Source: Myxococcota bacterium (lineage in GTDB: Bacteria > Myxococcota_A > SURF-8). From it: a DNA stretch of 64,000 nucleotides. The position numbers and the translations under genes are program-made. The stretch's first letter is position 1. Every line of letters begins with the position of its first letter. The notes beneath the pieces were generated by a model. It did no database searches and was not told the DNA's origin. It saw only the letters and a program-made list of their open reading frames with translations. This document shows positions 31,112 to 40,353 of this stretch, in pieces. Location of the stretch: assembly GCA_965140415.1 (NCBI GenBank), contig OZ223209.1:2272001-2336000 (forward strand), written 5' to 3'.

Positions 31112-32269
31112 TCATGGCTCGATGGGAATCAAAGATCCGATGGCCATCATCAAGTAGGCCAACAGAATCAGAACCTGGAATGGAGTGGAGCCGAGTTTGC
31201 GTAGTTCGAAGTCGGTGGCTTGTATCGACGAGCGCTTACGAGCGCTGCGCAGCATGGGAATGACCAGCACGGCAATCAGCACCGCCGAAAGTCCGCCAGT
31301 CAGGCGCATGAAACCGAGAAAATTGGTTAGTCCGGTTACGGCGATGACCAGGGTCGGGACGGTGGCAATCAGCCAGGCGCGTCGGAAATTCATTTCGATG
31401 CGTTCCTGCAAGATTACCGCCAGCGCATAACTGAATGCCCAGTAGCTGGTCAGCATGGAAAGAAAGACCACCAGGGAGCCTAGTACCAGGGCCCAGTCCC
31501 CGACTGCCGAGCCCCAGCCGCTGATGGCGATGGGTGTAACCGGGTGAGAAACCAGCCAGGCCATGAGCGTCGTTATGGAAACGAAGGCGAAGTTCAACCC
31601 GATTCCTAATGCCACCGCCCAGGGAACGAGATGACGACGTTGCTGTAAGCCTTCCACAGCCTGTGGCACCGAAAACCAAGCCCCGAAACTGAACATTGCC
31701 ATGCCGTAAAACGCCATGGCTTCTCTTGCCCCACCGTTCAGTAGCGGCAATTCGGTAAAGGGATGATTCCACGAACCGGCTGTCAGCACGATCAGTAAAA
31801 GAGCGATTCCGATAATGGCGTATTTCTCGATGAAGCCAATGGCTTTCAGACCGAAAAACACAACGCCTGCGGCAATGACATAGGACAGTATTTCACCTGC
31901 GATCAAGGGGAAGCCTACCAGATCCAATAGGATTTCCGCGCAGCCGACAATGTAGCCTGTCAGTTGAACGTAAACGCCTCCCACCAGTAGAAAGAAGAAA
32001 ATCCAGGTCAACGGCTTCTCGAACTTGCCGATGAACACATACTGCCGGATCAATTCCACCAATTGAATCGGGCGTTCTTCCTTCAATACGACTTCGGCCA
32101 GCATCAGGTGCAGCAGCAGGCTTAGGCCGAAGGCGATGCACAGGATCATCAACACGGTCATGATTCCGTTTTGTGCAGCTAAATATGGCACTGCCATGAT
32201 GCCGCCGCCGATGCCCAATCCGGCGATCACCGCCGCCGCTTCGAATAATGTCAGTTGTTTTGTCGTCAA
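31112..32269 (-). CDS. Amino acid permease (aromatic/HAAAP-like)
   Basis: IAGLGIGGGIMAVP in TM1; about 11 TM segments. Confidence 0.8.
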   Translation of the reverse strand: MTTKQLTLFEAAAVIAGLGIGGGIMAVPYLAAQNGIMTVLMILCIAFGLSLLLHLMLAEVVLKEERPIQLVELIRQYVFIGKFEKPLTWIFFFLLVGGVYVQLTGYIVGCAEILLDLVGFPLIAGEILSYVIAAGVVFFGLKAIGFIEKYAIIGIALLLIVLTAGSWNHPFTELPLLNGGAREAMAFYGMAMFSFGAWFSVPQAVEGLQQRRHLVPWAVALGIGLNFAFVSITTLMAWLVSHPVTPIAISGWGSAVGDWALVLGSLVVFLSMLTSYWAFSYALAVILQERIEMNFRRAWLIATVPTLVIAVTGLTNFLGFMRLTGGLSAVLIAVLVIPMLRSARKRSSIQATDFELRKLGSTPFQVLILLAYLMMAIGSLIPIEP

Positions 32270-32278
32270 TGCGAGTGT

Positions 32279-33310
32279 TTATCCTTGCGCCATGGTCCGG
32301 CAATCCTGCCAGACACGAAGAAAATTCAAACCGAGAATTTTACGAATGCGTTCTTCCGAATAGCCGTTTTCAAGCATCAGTTGCGTGATACGCGGCATAT
32401 CGGAGGTGTCGCGCAGGTCAAAGGGCGTGGGGATGTAGCCGTCGAAGTCGCTACCGATGGAGGCATGATCCTCTCCCACGGTCTGCACGATATGGTCGAT
32501 GTGACGGAATATCGCTTTCGCTCCAAGACGTTTGTTGTTCGTGATGTAGCTGGGAGAAAAGATCACTCCCACCGTGCCGCCTTTATCCGCCAAAGCGCGC
32601 AGCATGTCATCGTCGATGTTGCGCCAGTGCGGCATGGCTCCGGTTACGCCGCCATGCGATACCAGGCAGGGTGATTTGGAAAGCCTTACGGCGTCCAGGA
32701 ATCCGGGGCGATTGACATGGGCCACATCGACGATCACACCCACTCGATTCATCTCCATAATCAGATCACGACCCCAGTCGGTCAACCCGGCTTGAGGATT
32801 GGCTTTGAGTCCCTTGGCGCAGGAAGCGGCTTGATTGGAACTGAAGTGGGTCAGGGTGATGTAGCGAACGCCCAGCTCGTGGGCTTTGACAACATTCTCC
32901 AGTTCGCCACCCAGATCGTGTGCGCCTTCCATGCCAAGGAAACCGCAGCGAATACCCTTCTTTTTCGCTTCCAAAGCCGCTTCCGGTGACTCCGCCTGCA
33001 CCAGTTCCCCATCGGAGCGTTTGCAGGCATCATGAAACAACTCGATCTGGCGCAAGGCGCTTGGGAAACAGTTTTTCGGTTTCAGCAGTGGATTGACGAC
33101 CACCCCGAATGCGATGAAATCGACGCCGCCCTCTCTCATGCGGGGTAGATCGGTATGCGAAAAGAGCGCTCCTCCCGGTAGCCAGGCGCTATGACGTTTT
33201 AAAAAATCATAGCCGAATTGCCGGGCGATCAAAAAGGAATCCACGTGCAGATCCGCCACAAACGCATCTTCGTGCAGCAGGCGGGCTTCTTTTGAAACTT
33301 CAACAGTCAT
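32279..33310 (-). CDS. Membrane dipeptidase family M19
   Basis: DLHVD, GMEGA, DVAH, SH, RNIDD, GSDFDG. Confidence 0.92.
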   Translation of the reverse strand: MTVEVSKEARLLHEDAFVADLHVDSFLIARQFGYDFLKRHSAWLPGGALFSHTDLPRMREGGVDFIAFGVVVNPLLKPKNCFPSALRQIELFHDACKRSDGELVQAESPEAALEAKKKGIRCGFLGMEGAHDLGGELENVVKAHELGVRYITLTHFSSNQAASCAKGLKANPQAGLTDWGRDLIMEMNRVGVIVDVAHVNRPGFLDAVRLSKSPCLVSHGGVTGAMPHWRNIDDDMLRALADKGGTVGVIFSPSYITNNKRLGAKAIFRHIDHIVQTVGEDHASIGSDFDGYIPTPFDLRDTSDMPRITQLMLENGYSEERIRKILGLNFLRVWQDCRTMAQG

Positions 33311-33313
33311 CGC

Positions 33314-34414
33314 TTATTTCCTTACGGTACTGTTCTCCGGTTCGTAAAAACGATGCAGTACTGGGGGCAGATTGTGATAATCAACGCTTTTAGCCAATTC
33401 GGATAGATCCACGGAGTTGAACGTATTCCAGAACAACACCGGTCCGGCGGCTGCGCCCTGCTTGTTAAGTGCATCCAGCATGGCTGCGAAGGCTTTTCCG
33501 GTGTAGGTGGTGTCCAATAGTACGCCATGCTGCCCTGCGATACCCACCGCTTGTTGCGCCGCCTCCGTCACATAGCCGTATCCCTTCCCCAGGTAGCCGT
33601 CTACCATATTGATCTGCCAGGGACGAACGGCAGCAAGCCGTTTCTTTAGTCCATGCTTTTTCATGATGGAAATGCAATTGTTGATCAGGTAACAGACCGC
33701 AACGCTGTTGGTTCCGATGCGTGGGAAAACCCGCACGCCGTAAATCGGAATGTTTCGACCGGCAAGTTGCAAACCCAGCACCAGACCGGCCAAGGTGCCG
33801 TTACTGCCTTGCGCGACGAAAATCGCTTTGGGTTCGGGAAGTTCGCCCAAACGGATCTGCTCATCCAGTTCCAGCGCCGCATTGACATGTCCCAGCGTTC
33901 CCAAAGGTGAACTCCCACCGGGAGGAATGCTGTAAATGTCACCCAATCCCCGAAGTTTTGCCGTTGCCAGAAAGGCGCTCATGCGTGCGGCGAGCATGAC
34001 ATAAGAAGGCTGAAACGTGAGACTCGCTCCGAAATGCGAGTAGAGCTTCATGCTTTTTCGGCAATGGTCGGTGCAGGGTTGCTCGTACATAAATAAGTGG
34101 CAGTCTAATCCCAATTGCCTGGCGAAGATCAATGTAGCCATACTATGATTGCTGCCGATACCGCCGATGGTGGCTACCGCTCGCGCATCTTGCCGGATGG
34201 CTTCTGCGAATAGAAACTCCAGTTTACGCACCTTGTTGCCGCCGTAACTCGGATTGGAGCGGTCGTTCTGTTTGATCCAGATTTCAGCTCCATCATAACA
34301 TGCGCCAAGTTCATCCAGACGCCGCACCGGGGTTGGAAGATCGGCCAATTCAATGCGCGGGATGGAGCGCAACTCCGGGAAGCGTTCGAAAAGTGGAAAA
34401 CCACCGGGTGTCAT
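33314..34414 (-). CDS. PLP-dependent D-cysteine desulfhydrase / ACC-deaminase-family enzyme
   Basis: PTPV, YGGNKVRKLE, GSNH, PPGGS, GSNGT, LDTTYTGKA. Confidence 0.85.
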   Translation of the reverse strand: MTPGGFPLFERFPELRSIPRIELADLPTPVRRLDELGACYDGAEIWIKQNDRSNPSYGGNKVRKLEFLFAEAIRQDARAVATIGGIGSNHSMATLIFARQLGLDCHLFMYEQPCTDHCRKSMKLYSHFGASLTFQPSYVMLAARMSAFLATAKLRGLGDIYSIPPGGSSPLGTLGHVNAALELDEQIRLGELPEPKAIFVAQGSNGTLAGLVLGLQLAGRNIPIYGVRVFPRIGTNSVAVCYLINNCISIMKKHGLKKRLAAVRPWQINMVDGYLGKGYGYVTEAAQQAVGIAGQHGVLLDTTYTGKAFAAMLDALNKQGAAAGPVLFWNTFNSVDLSELAKSVDYHNLPPVLHRFYEPENSTVRK

Positions 34415-34637
34415 AGGTTTTTCCTGAATTGAAATCAATAACCATTCCGATTGTGACGTAAAAATAACACTCCCAACCCATACTGGCAAGCAATCATCTT
34501 GTGGAAATGATGGCGTAAAAGCGGAAGGCTTGCTAAAATATGCCCGCCTGTATCCGTGTGGTTTCGGGAAGAAGCAGACAGGCTATCGCATCTATCGGTT
34601 GTTTATTGCGGAGATTGCACGTTAGAAAGGACTAGTC

Positions 34638-35336
34638 ATGGCACAAATGCCCGTATTCAAAGGATTTCCGAAAGATATCATTCCTTTTCTAGAAGAACTG
34701 AAGGCGTACAATTCCAAGGTTTGGTTCGAAGAGAATCGCGACCGATTCAACGAGTCCGTGTTGGAGCCGGCAAAAGCTTTTATCGATGCCATGGGCTTGC
34801 GACTGGGAGAGTTTTCTTCGCATTATCATGCGCTTGCGAAAGTCGATGGCTCGATTTTCCGGTTACATCGCGATGTTCGTTTCAGTAAAGACAAAAGCCC
34901 CTACAAAACGCATCTGGGTATGTTCATCTGGGAAGGCGGCAGACCGAAAATGGAATGTCCCGGTTTGTACGTCCACATCGAGCCGCCCACGTTGTTTATC
35001 GGTGGTGGTTTGTACCGATTTCCCAAGCCGTTGTTGTTAGCCTATCGTGATTCGGTCATGCATCCAAAACATGGTGAGCAGTTGGTGGAGATCATTGACG
35101 AGTTGAGAAAATGGGAACTCACGATCGGTGGCGAGTTCTACAAGCGTGTGCCCTCCGGCTTCGACAAAGAGCACGAACGAGCCGATTTGTTGAAGTATGC
35201 CGGTCTGCATGCCGGAGTGGAAGTGCCGCTTCCCAGGCAGTTGCATACAGGTGAATTCGTCGAATACGTTACAGAAACGTATCGACCCATACTTCCCCTG
35301 CATCGCTGGTTGTTGGAAATGATTCAGCGCGCCTGA
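34638..35336 (+). CDS. DUF2461 (TIGR02453) family protein
   Basis: N.K.WFEENR and FRLHRDVRFSKDKSPYKTH. Confidence 0.9.
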   Translation: MAQMPVFKGFPKDIIPFLEELKAYNSKVWFEENRDRFNESVLEPAKAFIDAMGLRLGEFSSHYHALAKVDGSIFRLHRDVRFSKDKSPYKTHLGMFIWEGGRPKMECPGLYVHIEPPTLFIGGGLYRFPKPLLLAYRDSVMHPKHGEQLVEIIDELRKWELTIGGEFYKRVPSGFDKEHERADLLKYAGLHAGVEVPLPRQLHTGEFVEYVTETYRPILPLHRWLLEMIQRA

Positions 35337-35366
35337 AATAGACGCGCTGAATGAGGGCTCATCGAA

Positions 35367-36068
35367 TTAATAGCGATTGAACGCCAGTTTCTTTTTGATC
35401 TGAGAGAAGTGCCAGGTCAGATTGATCTCTTTCGGACAGGCTTCCACACAGTTAAAGATGGTGTAGCACTTGTAGATGCCCTTCTTGTTGTCCAGGATCT
35501 TCAAGCGCTCATCGCCCGCACGGTCCCGCGTATCGAAGATAAAGCGATAGGCTTTCAGCATCGCCGCCGGTCCAAGATACTCTTCATCCGCCCACTTGGA
35601 GGGGCAAGAATAGGTGCAGGCTCCACACAGAATGCATTTGGTGGCTTCCTCGATCTTGTCGAAATCTTCCGGTGCTTGCAGACGTTCCTTGGCGGGGGCT
35701 GGTTCGTCGTTGCACAGGTAGGGCATCACCTGTTGGTAGGCCGCCCAGAAGTTGTCCTGATTGATGGACAGATCTTTATCGACCGGTGCGCCCGGCAGCG
35801 GTTCGAAACGGACCTTGGTGCCTTTGATGTCCTTGACCAGCGTGGAGCAGGCCAGCACGTTTTCGCCATTGACGTTCATGGCGCAACTGCCGCAGACGGC
35901 GTGTCCGCAGCTTTTTCGATAGGTCAGGGTGCCGTCTTGGGTCCATTTGATGCGATTCAGCACGTCCAGCAGCCGCTCTTCCGGCGCGGCTTCGATCGTA
36001 TAGGTTTGATCGTAGGGCTTGCTATCCTTTTCAGGATCGAAGCGTTTGATCGTCACTTCCAGTTGCAT
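35367..36068 (-). CDS. sdhB: Succinate dehydrogenase Fe-S subunit
   Basis: SCGHAVCGSC, CILCGACTYSCP, CYTIFNCVEACP. Confidence 0.95.
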   Translation of the reverse strand: MQLEVTIKRFDPEKDSKPYDQTYTIEAAPEERLLDVLNRIKWTQDGTLTYRKSCGHAVCGSCAMNVNGENVLACSTLVKDIKGTKVRFEPLPGAPVDKDLSINQDNFWAAYQQVMPYLCNDEPAPAKERLQAPEDFDKIEEATKCILCGACTYSCPSKWADEEYLGPAAMLKAYRFIFDTRDRAGDERLKILDNKKGIYKCYTIFNCVEACPKEINLTWHFSQIKKKLAFNRY

Positions 36069-36088
36069 GGGATCCTCCACCGCCGTGT

Positions 36089-37828
36089 TTAGTAAGTCCG
36101 TTCCTTGGGCTGATAGCGCAGAATATTCACTGGTCGGTACGTAAAGACCGGCTCGCCGTCTTCTCCCCGATTCACCAGCGTATGTTTGAGCCAGTTCTCG
36201 TCGTCCCGTTTGGGGAAGTCGTCACGGGCGTGTGCGCCACGGCTTTCCTGGCGCAGCAGGGCTCCGGCTGCGATGGTTTGCGCCGTTTCCAGGATGTAGC
36301 CCATTTCGAAGGCTTCCAGAAGATCGGTATTCATACGCTTGCCTTGGTCCTGAATGGTGCATTTCGCATGGCGGAGTTTAAGTTCTTTCAGGTCTTTTAA
36401 GGCAACTTTAAGGGTTTCTTCGGTGCGGAAGACGGAGACATTGTCCATCATGGTTTTTTCGCATTCCTCGCGAATCCGGTACAGCGGTTCGCCGCCGTTT
36501 TTATCCCAGAAGGACGCCATACGGGCTTCCACTCCGGCGGTGGGATTTTCGGGCAGTTCCGGCATCGGCATACTCGGCACCAGTTCCACCATTTTCTTTC
36601 CGGCTCGACGACCGAAGACGACCAGATCCAATAGCGAGTTGGTGCCTAGTCGATTGGCTCCGTGCACCGATACGCAGGCGCATTCGCCCGCCGCGTAGAA
36701 ACCAGTTACCGGTGTGGCGTCGCCGTCCATAATGACCTGGGATTCCTTGTTGGTGGGAATGCCACCCATCGCGTAGTGAGCCGTCGGCGCCACCGGAATC
36801 GGCTGGTCCGCCGGATCGAAGCCGAAATAGGTTTTCACGAAACCGGAGATTTCCGGCAGTTTCTTTTCCAGCACTTCGCGTCCGACGTGACGTACATCCA
36901 AATGGACGTAATCCTTGCCGCCGATGCCGCGACCGGCCTTGACTTCTTCGAAGATCGCCCGGGAGACCATGTCGCGCGGGGCCAGATCCTTGATCGTCGG
37001 TGCGTAGCGCTCCATGAAACGCTCGCCCTTGTCGTTCAACAGGATGCCACCCTCGCCGCGAGCGCCTTCGGTGATCAGAATGCCGATGCGGTACATGCCG
37101 GTCGGATGGAATTGCACGAATTCCATATCTTGCAGTGGTAGACCGGCGTTGTAAACGATTGCCATGCCGTCGCCGGTATAGGCGAAGGCGTTGCTGGTGG
37201 TTTTAAAGGCGCGTCCGTATCCGCCGGTAGCGAACATCACGCTTTTTGCATGGAAGGTGATCAGCCCACCCTTGCGGATGTCATAGGCGACGACGCCGGA
37301 GACCACGTTTTCCTGTTTACTATAGAGTAAGTCGAGCACCTGGACTTCATCGTAGAAGTGTACGCCGTGCTTGATGCATTGTTCGTACAAGGTGTGCAGA
37401 ATGGCGTGGCCGGTGCGGTCGGCGGCGTGACAGGCGCGCATGACCGGGCGTGCGCCGAATTCGGCGGTGTGGCCACCGAAACGCCGCTGGGAGATGCGTC
37501 CGTCTTCGATGCGGGAAAACGGTACCCCGAAATGCTCCAACTCGATGATGGCGCGTGGCGCGTCATAGCAGAGCACCTCGATGGCGTCCTGATCGCCCAG
37601 GTAATCACCTCCTTTGATGGTATCGTACATGTGCCATTCTGGGCTGTCTTCTTCCAGGTTGCCTAAAGCTGCGCTGATTCCGCCTTGTGCCGCACCGGAA
37701 TGGGAGCGCGAGGGGTAGAGCTTGCTGACAACGGCTACGTCGATGTGTCCGGTAAGCGCCGTTTCAAGCGCCGCGCGTAAACCGGCGATTCCGGCCCCGA
37801 CAACGACGACATCGTGTTGTATAATCAT
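36089..37828 (-). CDS. sdhA: Succinate dehydrogenase flavoprotein
   Basis: GAGIAG, RSHSGAAQGG, QFHPT, HYAMGG, HGANRLG, ESRGAH. Confidence 0.96.
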   Translation of the reverse strand: MIIQHDVVVVGAGIAGLRAALETALTGHIDVAVVSKLYPSRSHSGAAQGGISAALGNLEEDSPEWHMYDTIKGGDYLGDQDAIEVLCYDAPRAIIELEHFGVPFSRIEDGRISQRRFGGHTAEFGARPVMRACHAADRTGHAILHTLYEQCIKHGVHFYDEVQVLDLLYSKQENVVSGVVAYDIRKGGLITFHAKSVMFATGGYGRAFKTTSNAFAYTGDGMAIVYNAGLPLQDMEFVQFHPTGMYRIGILITEGARGEGGILLNDKGERFMERYAPTIKDLAPRDMVSRAIFEEVKAGRGIGGKDYVHLDVRHVGREVLEKKLPEISGFVKTYFGFDPADQPIPVAPTAHYAMGGIPTNKESQVIMDGDATPVTGFYAAGECACVSVHGANRLGTNSLLDLVVFGRRAGKKMVELVPSMPMPELPENPTAGVEARMASFWDKNGGEPLYRIREECEKTMMDNVSVFRTEETLKVALKDLKELKLRHAKCTIQDQGKRMNTDLLEAFEMGYILETAQTIAAGALLRQESRGAHARDDFPKRDDENWLKHTLVNRGEDGEPVFTYRPVNILRYQPKERTY

Positions 37829-37856
37829 AGGTTTCTCCTACGGGTTTCTCTCAAAA

Positions 37857-38210
37857 TCAGACCAGGGTGAACAAGCCCCAGATCAACAGAACCAGTCCCA
37901 GCGCCCATACAGCCCAAGTCGCGGCCATGCGTGAAAAATCGCAGCGAATATAGTCGTCTACCGCGTTTAGCACGCCGTTTAAACCATGACCGATGGCCAT
38001 CAGCAAAAACACAACGTAAAAGAGCTGCATCCAGGGATTGGCGAAGCGTTCTGCCACCTGCTCAGGAGTCAACGGAACGGCCTTGAATTCCGCCAGGCTG
38101 AAGTGGACCATCAGCATGTGACCCAGCAGCGTCAATAACAGCACAACGCCGGAAAAGCGCTGGAAGATCCACCAGAAGGTGTAACTGCGTTTGGTTTCCG
38201 CAGGTCTCAT
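37857..38210 (-). CDS. sdhD: Succinate dehydrogenase membrane anchor
   Basis: WIFQRFSG, GHML, HGLNG, DDY; 3 TM segments. Confidence 0.9.
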   Translation of the reverse strand: MRPAETKRSYTFWWIFQRFSGVVLLLTLLGHMLMVHFSLAEFKAVPLTPEQVAERFANPWMQLFYVVFLLMAIGHGLNGVLNAVDDYIRCDFSRMAATWAVWALGLVLLIWGLFTLV

Positions 38211-38626
38211 GCCGCACCTCCCGTTCCCTTATGCAGGACATGAAGCAGCATCAGTCCGCCGAAAATCACCATCAATACGGCATAGACCGCCATCATGATC
38301 CACCACAGCTTCTTGTGGTAGCGCGCCCCGTTGCCGAAATCGACGATCAGCACCCGGATGCCGTTGAGGGCGTGGTACAGCACTGCACCCAACAATGCGA
38401 TTTCCAGCAATCCAAACAGCGGATTGGAGAGGATGCCATAAATCTGGTCGAATTCTTTGGCCCGCAATACCGGATCGGCGATCGTGGCGGCTTCTTTAAA
38501 GGAGCGCGTCACGAAAATATGCAGGGTCAGATAGAAAATCAGTCCAAGTCCGGTCAATCGGTGGAGCAGCCAGGCAAACATGCCGGTCCTCCACTTGTAC
38601 CGCAATAGCTGGATGTTGCTACTCAT
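38207..38626 (-). CDS. sdhC: Succinate dehydrogenase cytochrome b subunit
   Basis: WLLHRLTG, LTLHI, YHALNGIR. Confidence 0.92.
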   Translation of the reverse strand: MSSNIQLLRYKWRTGMFAWLLHRLTGLGLIFYLTLHIFVTRSFKEAATIADPVLRAKEFDQIYGILSNPLFGLLEIALLGAVLYHALNGIRVLIVDFGNGARYHKKLWWIMMAVYAVLMVIFGGLMLLHVLHKGTGGAA

Positions 38627-38762
38627 GCAATAGCCTCCAAGGACAAGGTAACGGTTGGTGTGGACACAAGGTCCGACTCGATCTGTTGTCGAACAGTGCC
38701 GTATTCTGTAGCACTACCGTCAGGTCTTGTCAAGGAGCGGGCGACATGTGACGGCACTTTCT

Positions 38763-38778
38763 AGGAAAACGTTTTCGT
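38763..38778. promoter_or_regulatory. Palindromic LacI-family-like operator between sdhC and wzx
   Basis: AGGAAAACGTTTTCGT with perfect core GAAAACGTTTTC (38765-38776). Confidence 0.4.
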
Positions 38779-39093
38779 AAGTAAGGAATACTCCGGATCG
38801 TAGGGATCTCATGTACTTGCTCTACACGGTTTTATAATGTATTGAAAAGAATTCCGAGCGCTAAGAGAAAAATCTTGATCCACTTTTGCCTTCCTGTTAA
38901 ACAAATGAACAGGGGCGAGCAAGTATTTGACATCTTTTAAGGTTTTACGAGGGGAGCGAGCTGTCGGTTGTGCCGGTCAACGTCTCGAATCGTGTGATGA
39001 CTTTCTAAGATTACTTCTGTTTTCCGGCTCGAATTTCCCAGCAATTACCAGGGAGAAGCATTTGAACGGTAAGGCGAGTGCAAGCGAGGCTAT

Positions 39094-40353
39094 ATGCTGA
39101 AGAATCAACCTCTTTCGAGGGGCATATGGACCGTGCTGGATCAGGGCTTGACGGCGGCAGGCAATTTCGTCGCAGCTTTTTTACTGGCTCGCTATGTTTC
39201 CAAAGAGGAATTCGGCGCTTTTGTGATCGTCTATGCCATTGGTAACCTGCTGCTGGGTATCAATCATTCGCTGGTGTACACACCGGCCAGCCTGTACGGC
39301 TCCAAAGCACCCCATGAGGTTCTACGAAGTTACGACCGGGCTGTCGTTCTGTCTCTTCTGGTTTTCTCGCTGCTATTCTTTGTGGTTGGTCTGATTATCG
39401 CTGCCACCGGAGTGGCGCTTGACGGTGGCGTGCTTTTCACCGTTGCGGCCTGGTATGTCGTACCGTTGTTTTTCCGCAGCCTGATGGAAGGTGCCAGGCG
39501 GTTACTGGTCATTAAAGGAGTGCCGAATCTGGCTTTTGTGACCAGTTGCGTTCGCCTGATGGTTATTCTGCTTGGTGCAGGATTGTTGATCCGTGAGCAG
39601 GCGTTTACCATTCCGACAATGTTGGCAGTCTTGGGACTTAGCTCGGCATTATCCGCTTTATACGGCTTATGGGTATTGCGCTACCATCTGGGACGCCAGC
39701 CGGGTGGCAGTATCCGTGAAGCATTGAAGAAGAATGTGATTTATGGGCGCTGGATTTTGGGTTTTCAGGCGCTGATTTCTCTGTCACAACAGGCGCACTC
39801 CTACATTACAGGAAGTTTGTTGGGACTGGCTGCCGTGGGCGCGATCGGAGCCTTTTTGCAATTGTTCGGCCCGTTGAACATTTATTCGTTTTCGATACAA
39901 AGCTTCGTGATTCCGGAAGTCAGTCGCAAGGGCTCGGTGCGTGAAGCAGGTGGACTTGCTTATCTGCGGAAATTATACCTGGTATTAGGTGTGGTGCCGC
40001 TGCTCTATCTGGGAATCATTGCCGTGGCCGGTGAGCCGCTGGTGGATTGGTTGTTTAAGGGAAAATACACCGAGTACGCCGATTGTCTGTACATCTTCTG
40101 TATTGTGTATGCGATCAACTACCTGACCGCCTACAAGATCACATTGGCAACATTACTGGAAATTCCTCACAAATTGATTTGGGCGGCGGGTTATAAATTG
40201 CTGGGATTTGTCCTGTTGGGAGTTCCTGCTGTATTGTTATGGAATGTCTTTGGTGCGGCTTTGATGACGCTAGGTGGCGATAGCTTGTATCTGGCCTATT
40301 ATCTCGTAAAAGTGCGTGAACCGAAGACGCTGCAAGGAGCGAAGGATGAGTAA
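39094..40353 (+). CDS. wzx: Wzx-type polysaccharide flippase
   Basis: DQG..AGNF..AFLLAR.....EFG; LGLAAVG; about 12 TM segments. Confidence 0.82.
   Translation: MLKNQPLSRGIWTVLDQGLTAAGNFVAAFLLARYVSKEEFGAFVIVYAIGNLLLGINHSLVYTPASLYGSKAPHEVLRSYDRAVVLSLLVFSLLFFVVGLIIAATGVALDGGVLFTVAAWYVVPLFFRSLMEGARRLLVIKGVPNLAFVTSCVRLMVILLGAGLLIREQAFTIPTMLAVLGLSSALSALYGLWVLRYHLGRQPGGSIREALKKNVIYGRWILGFQALISLSQQAHSYITGSLLGLAAVGAIGAFLQLFGPLNIYSFSIQSFVIPEVSRKGSVREAGGLAYLRKLYLVLGVVPLLYLGIIAVAGEPLVDWLFKGKYTEYADCLYIFCIVYAINYLTAYKITLATLLEIPHKLIWAAGYKLLGFVLLGVPAVLLWNVFGAALMTLGGDSLYLAYYLVKVREPKTLQGAKDE

Noticed and set aside
33314..34414. ACC deaminase (acdS) call
   Set aside because: It has YTGK rather than YEGK and lacks HLGG.
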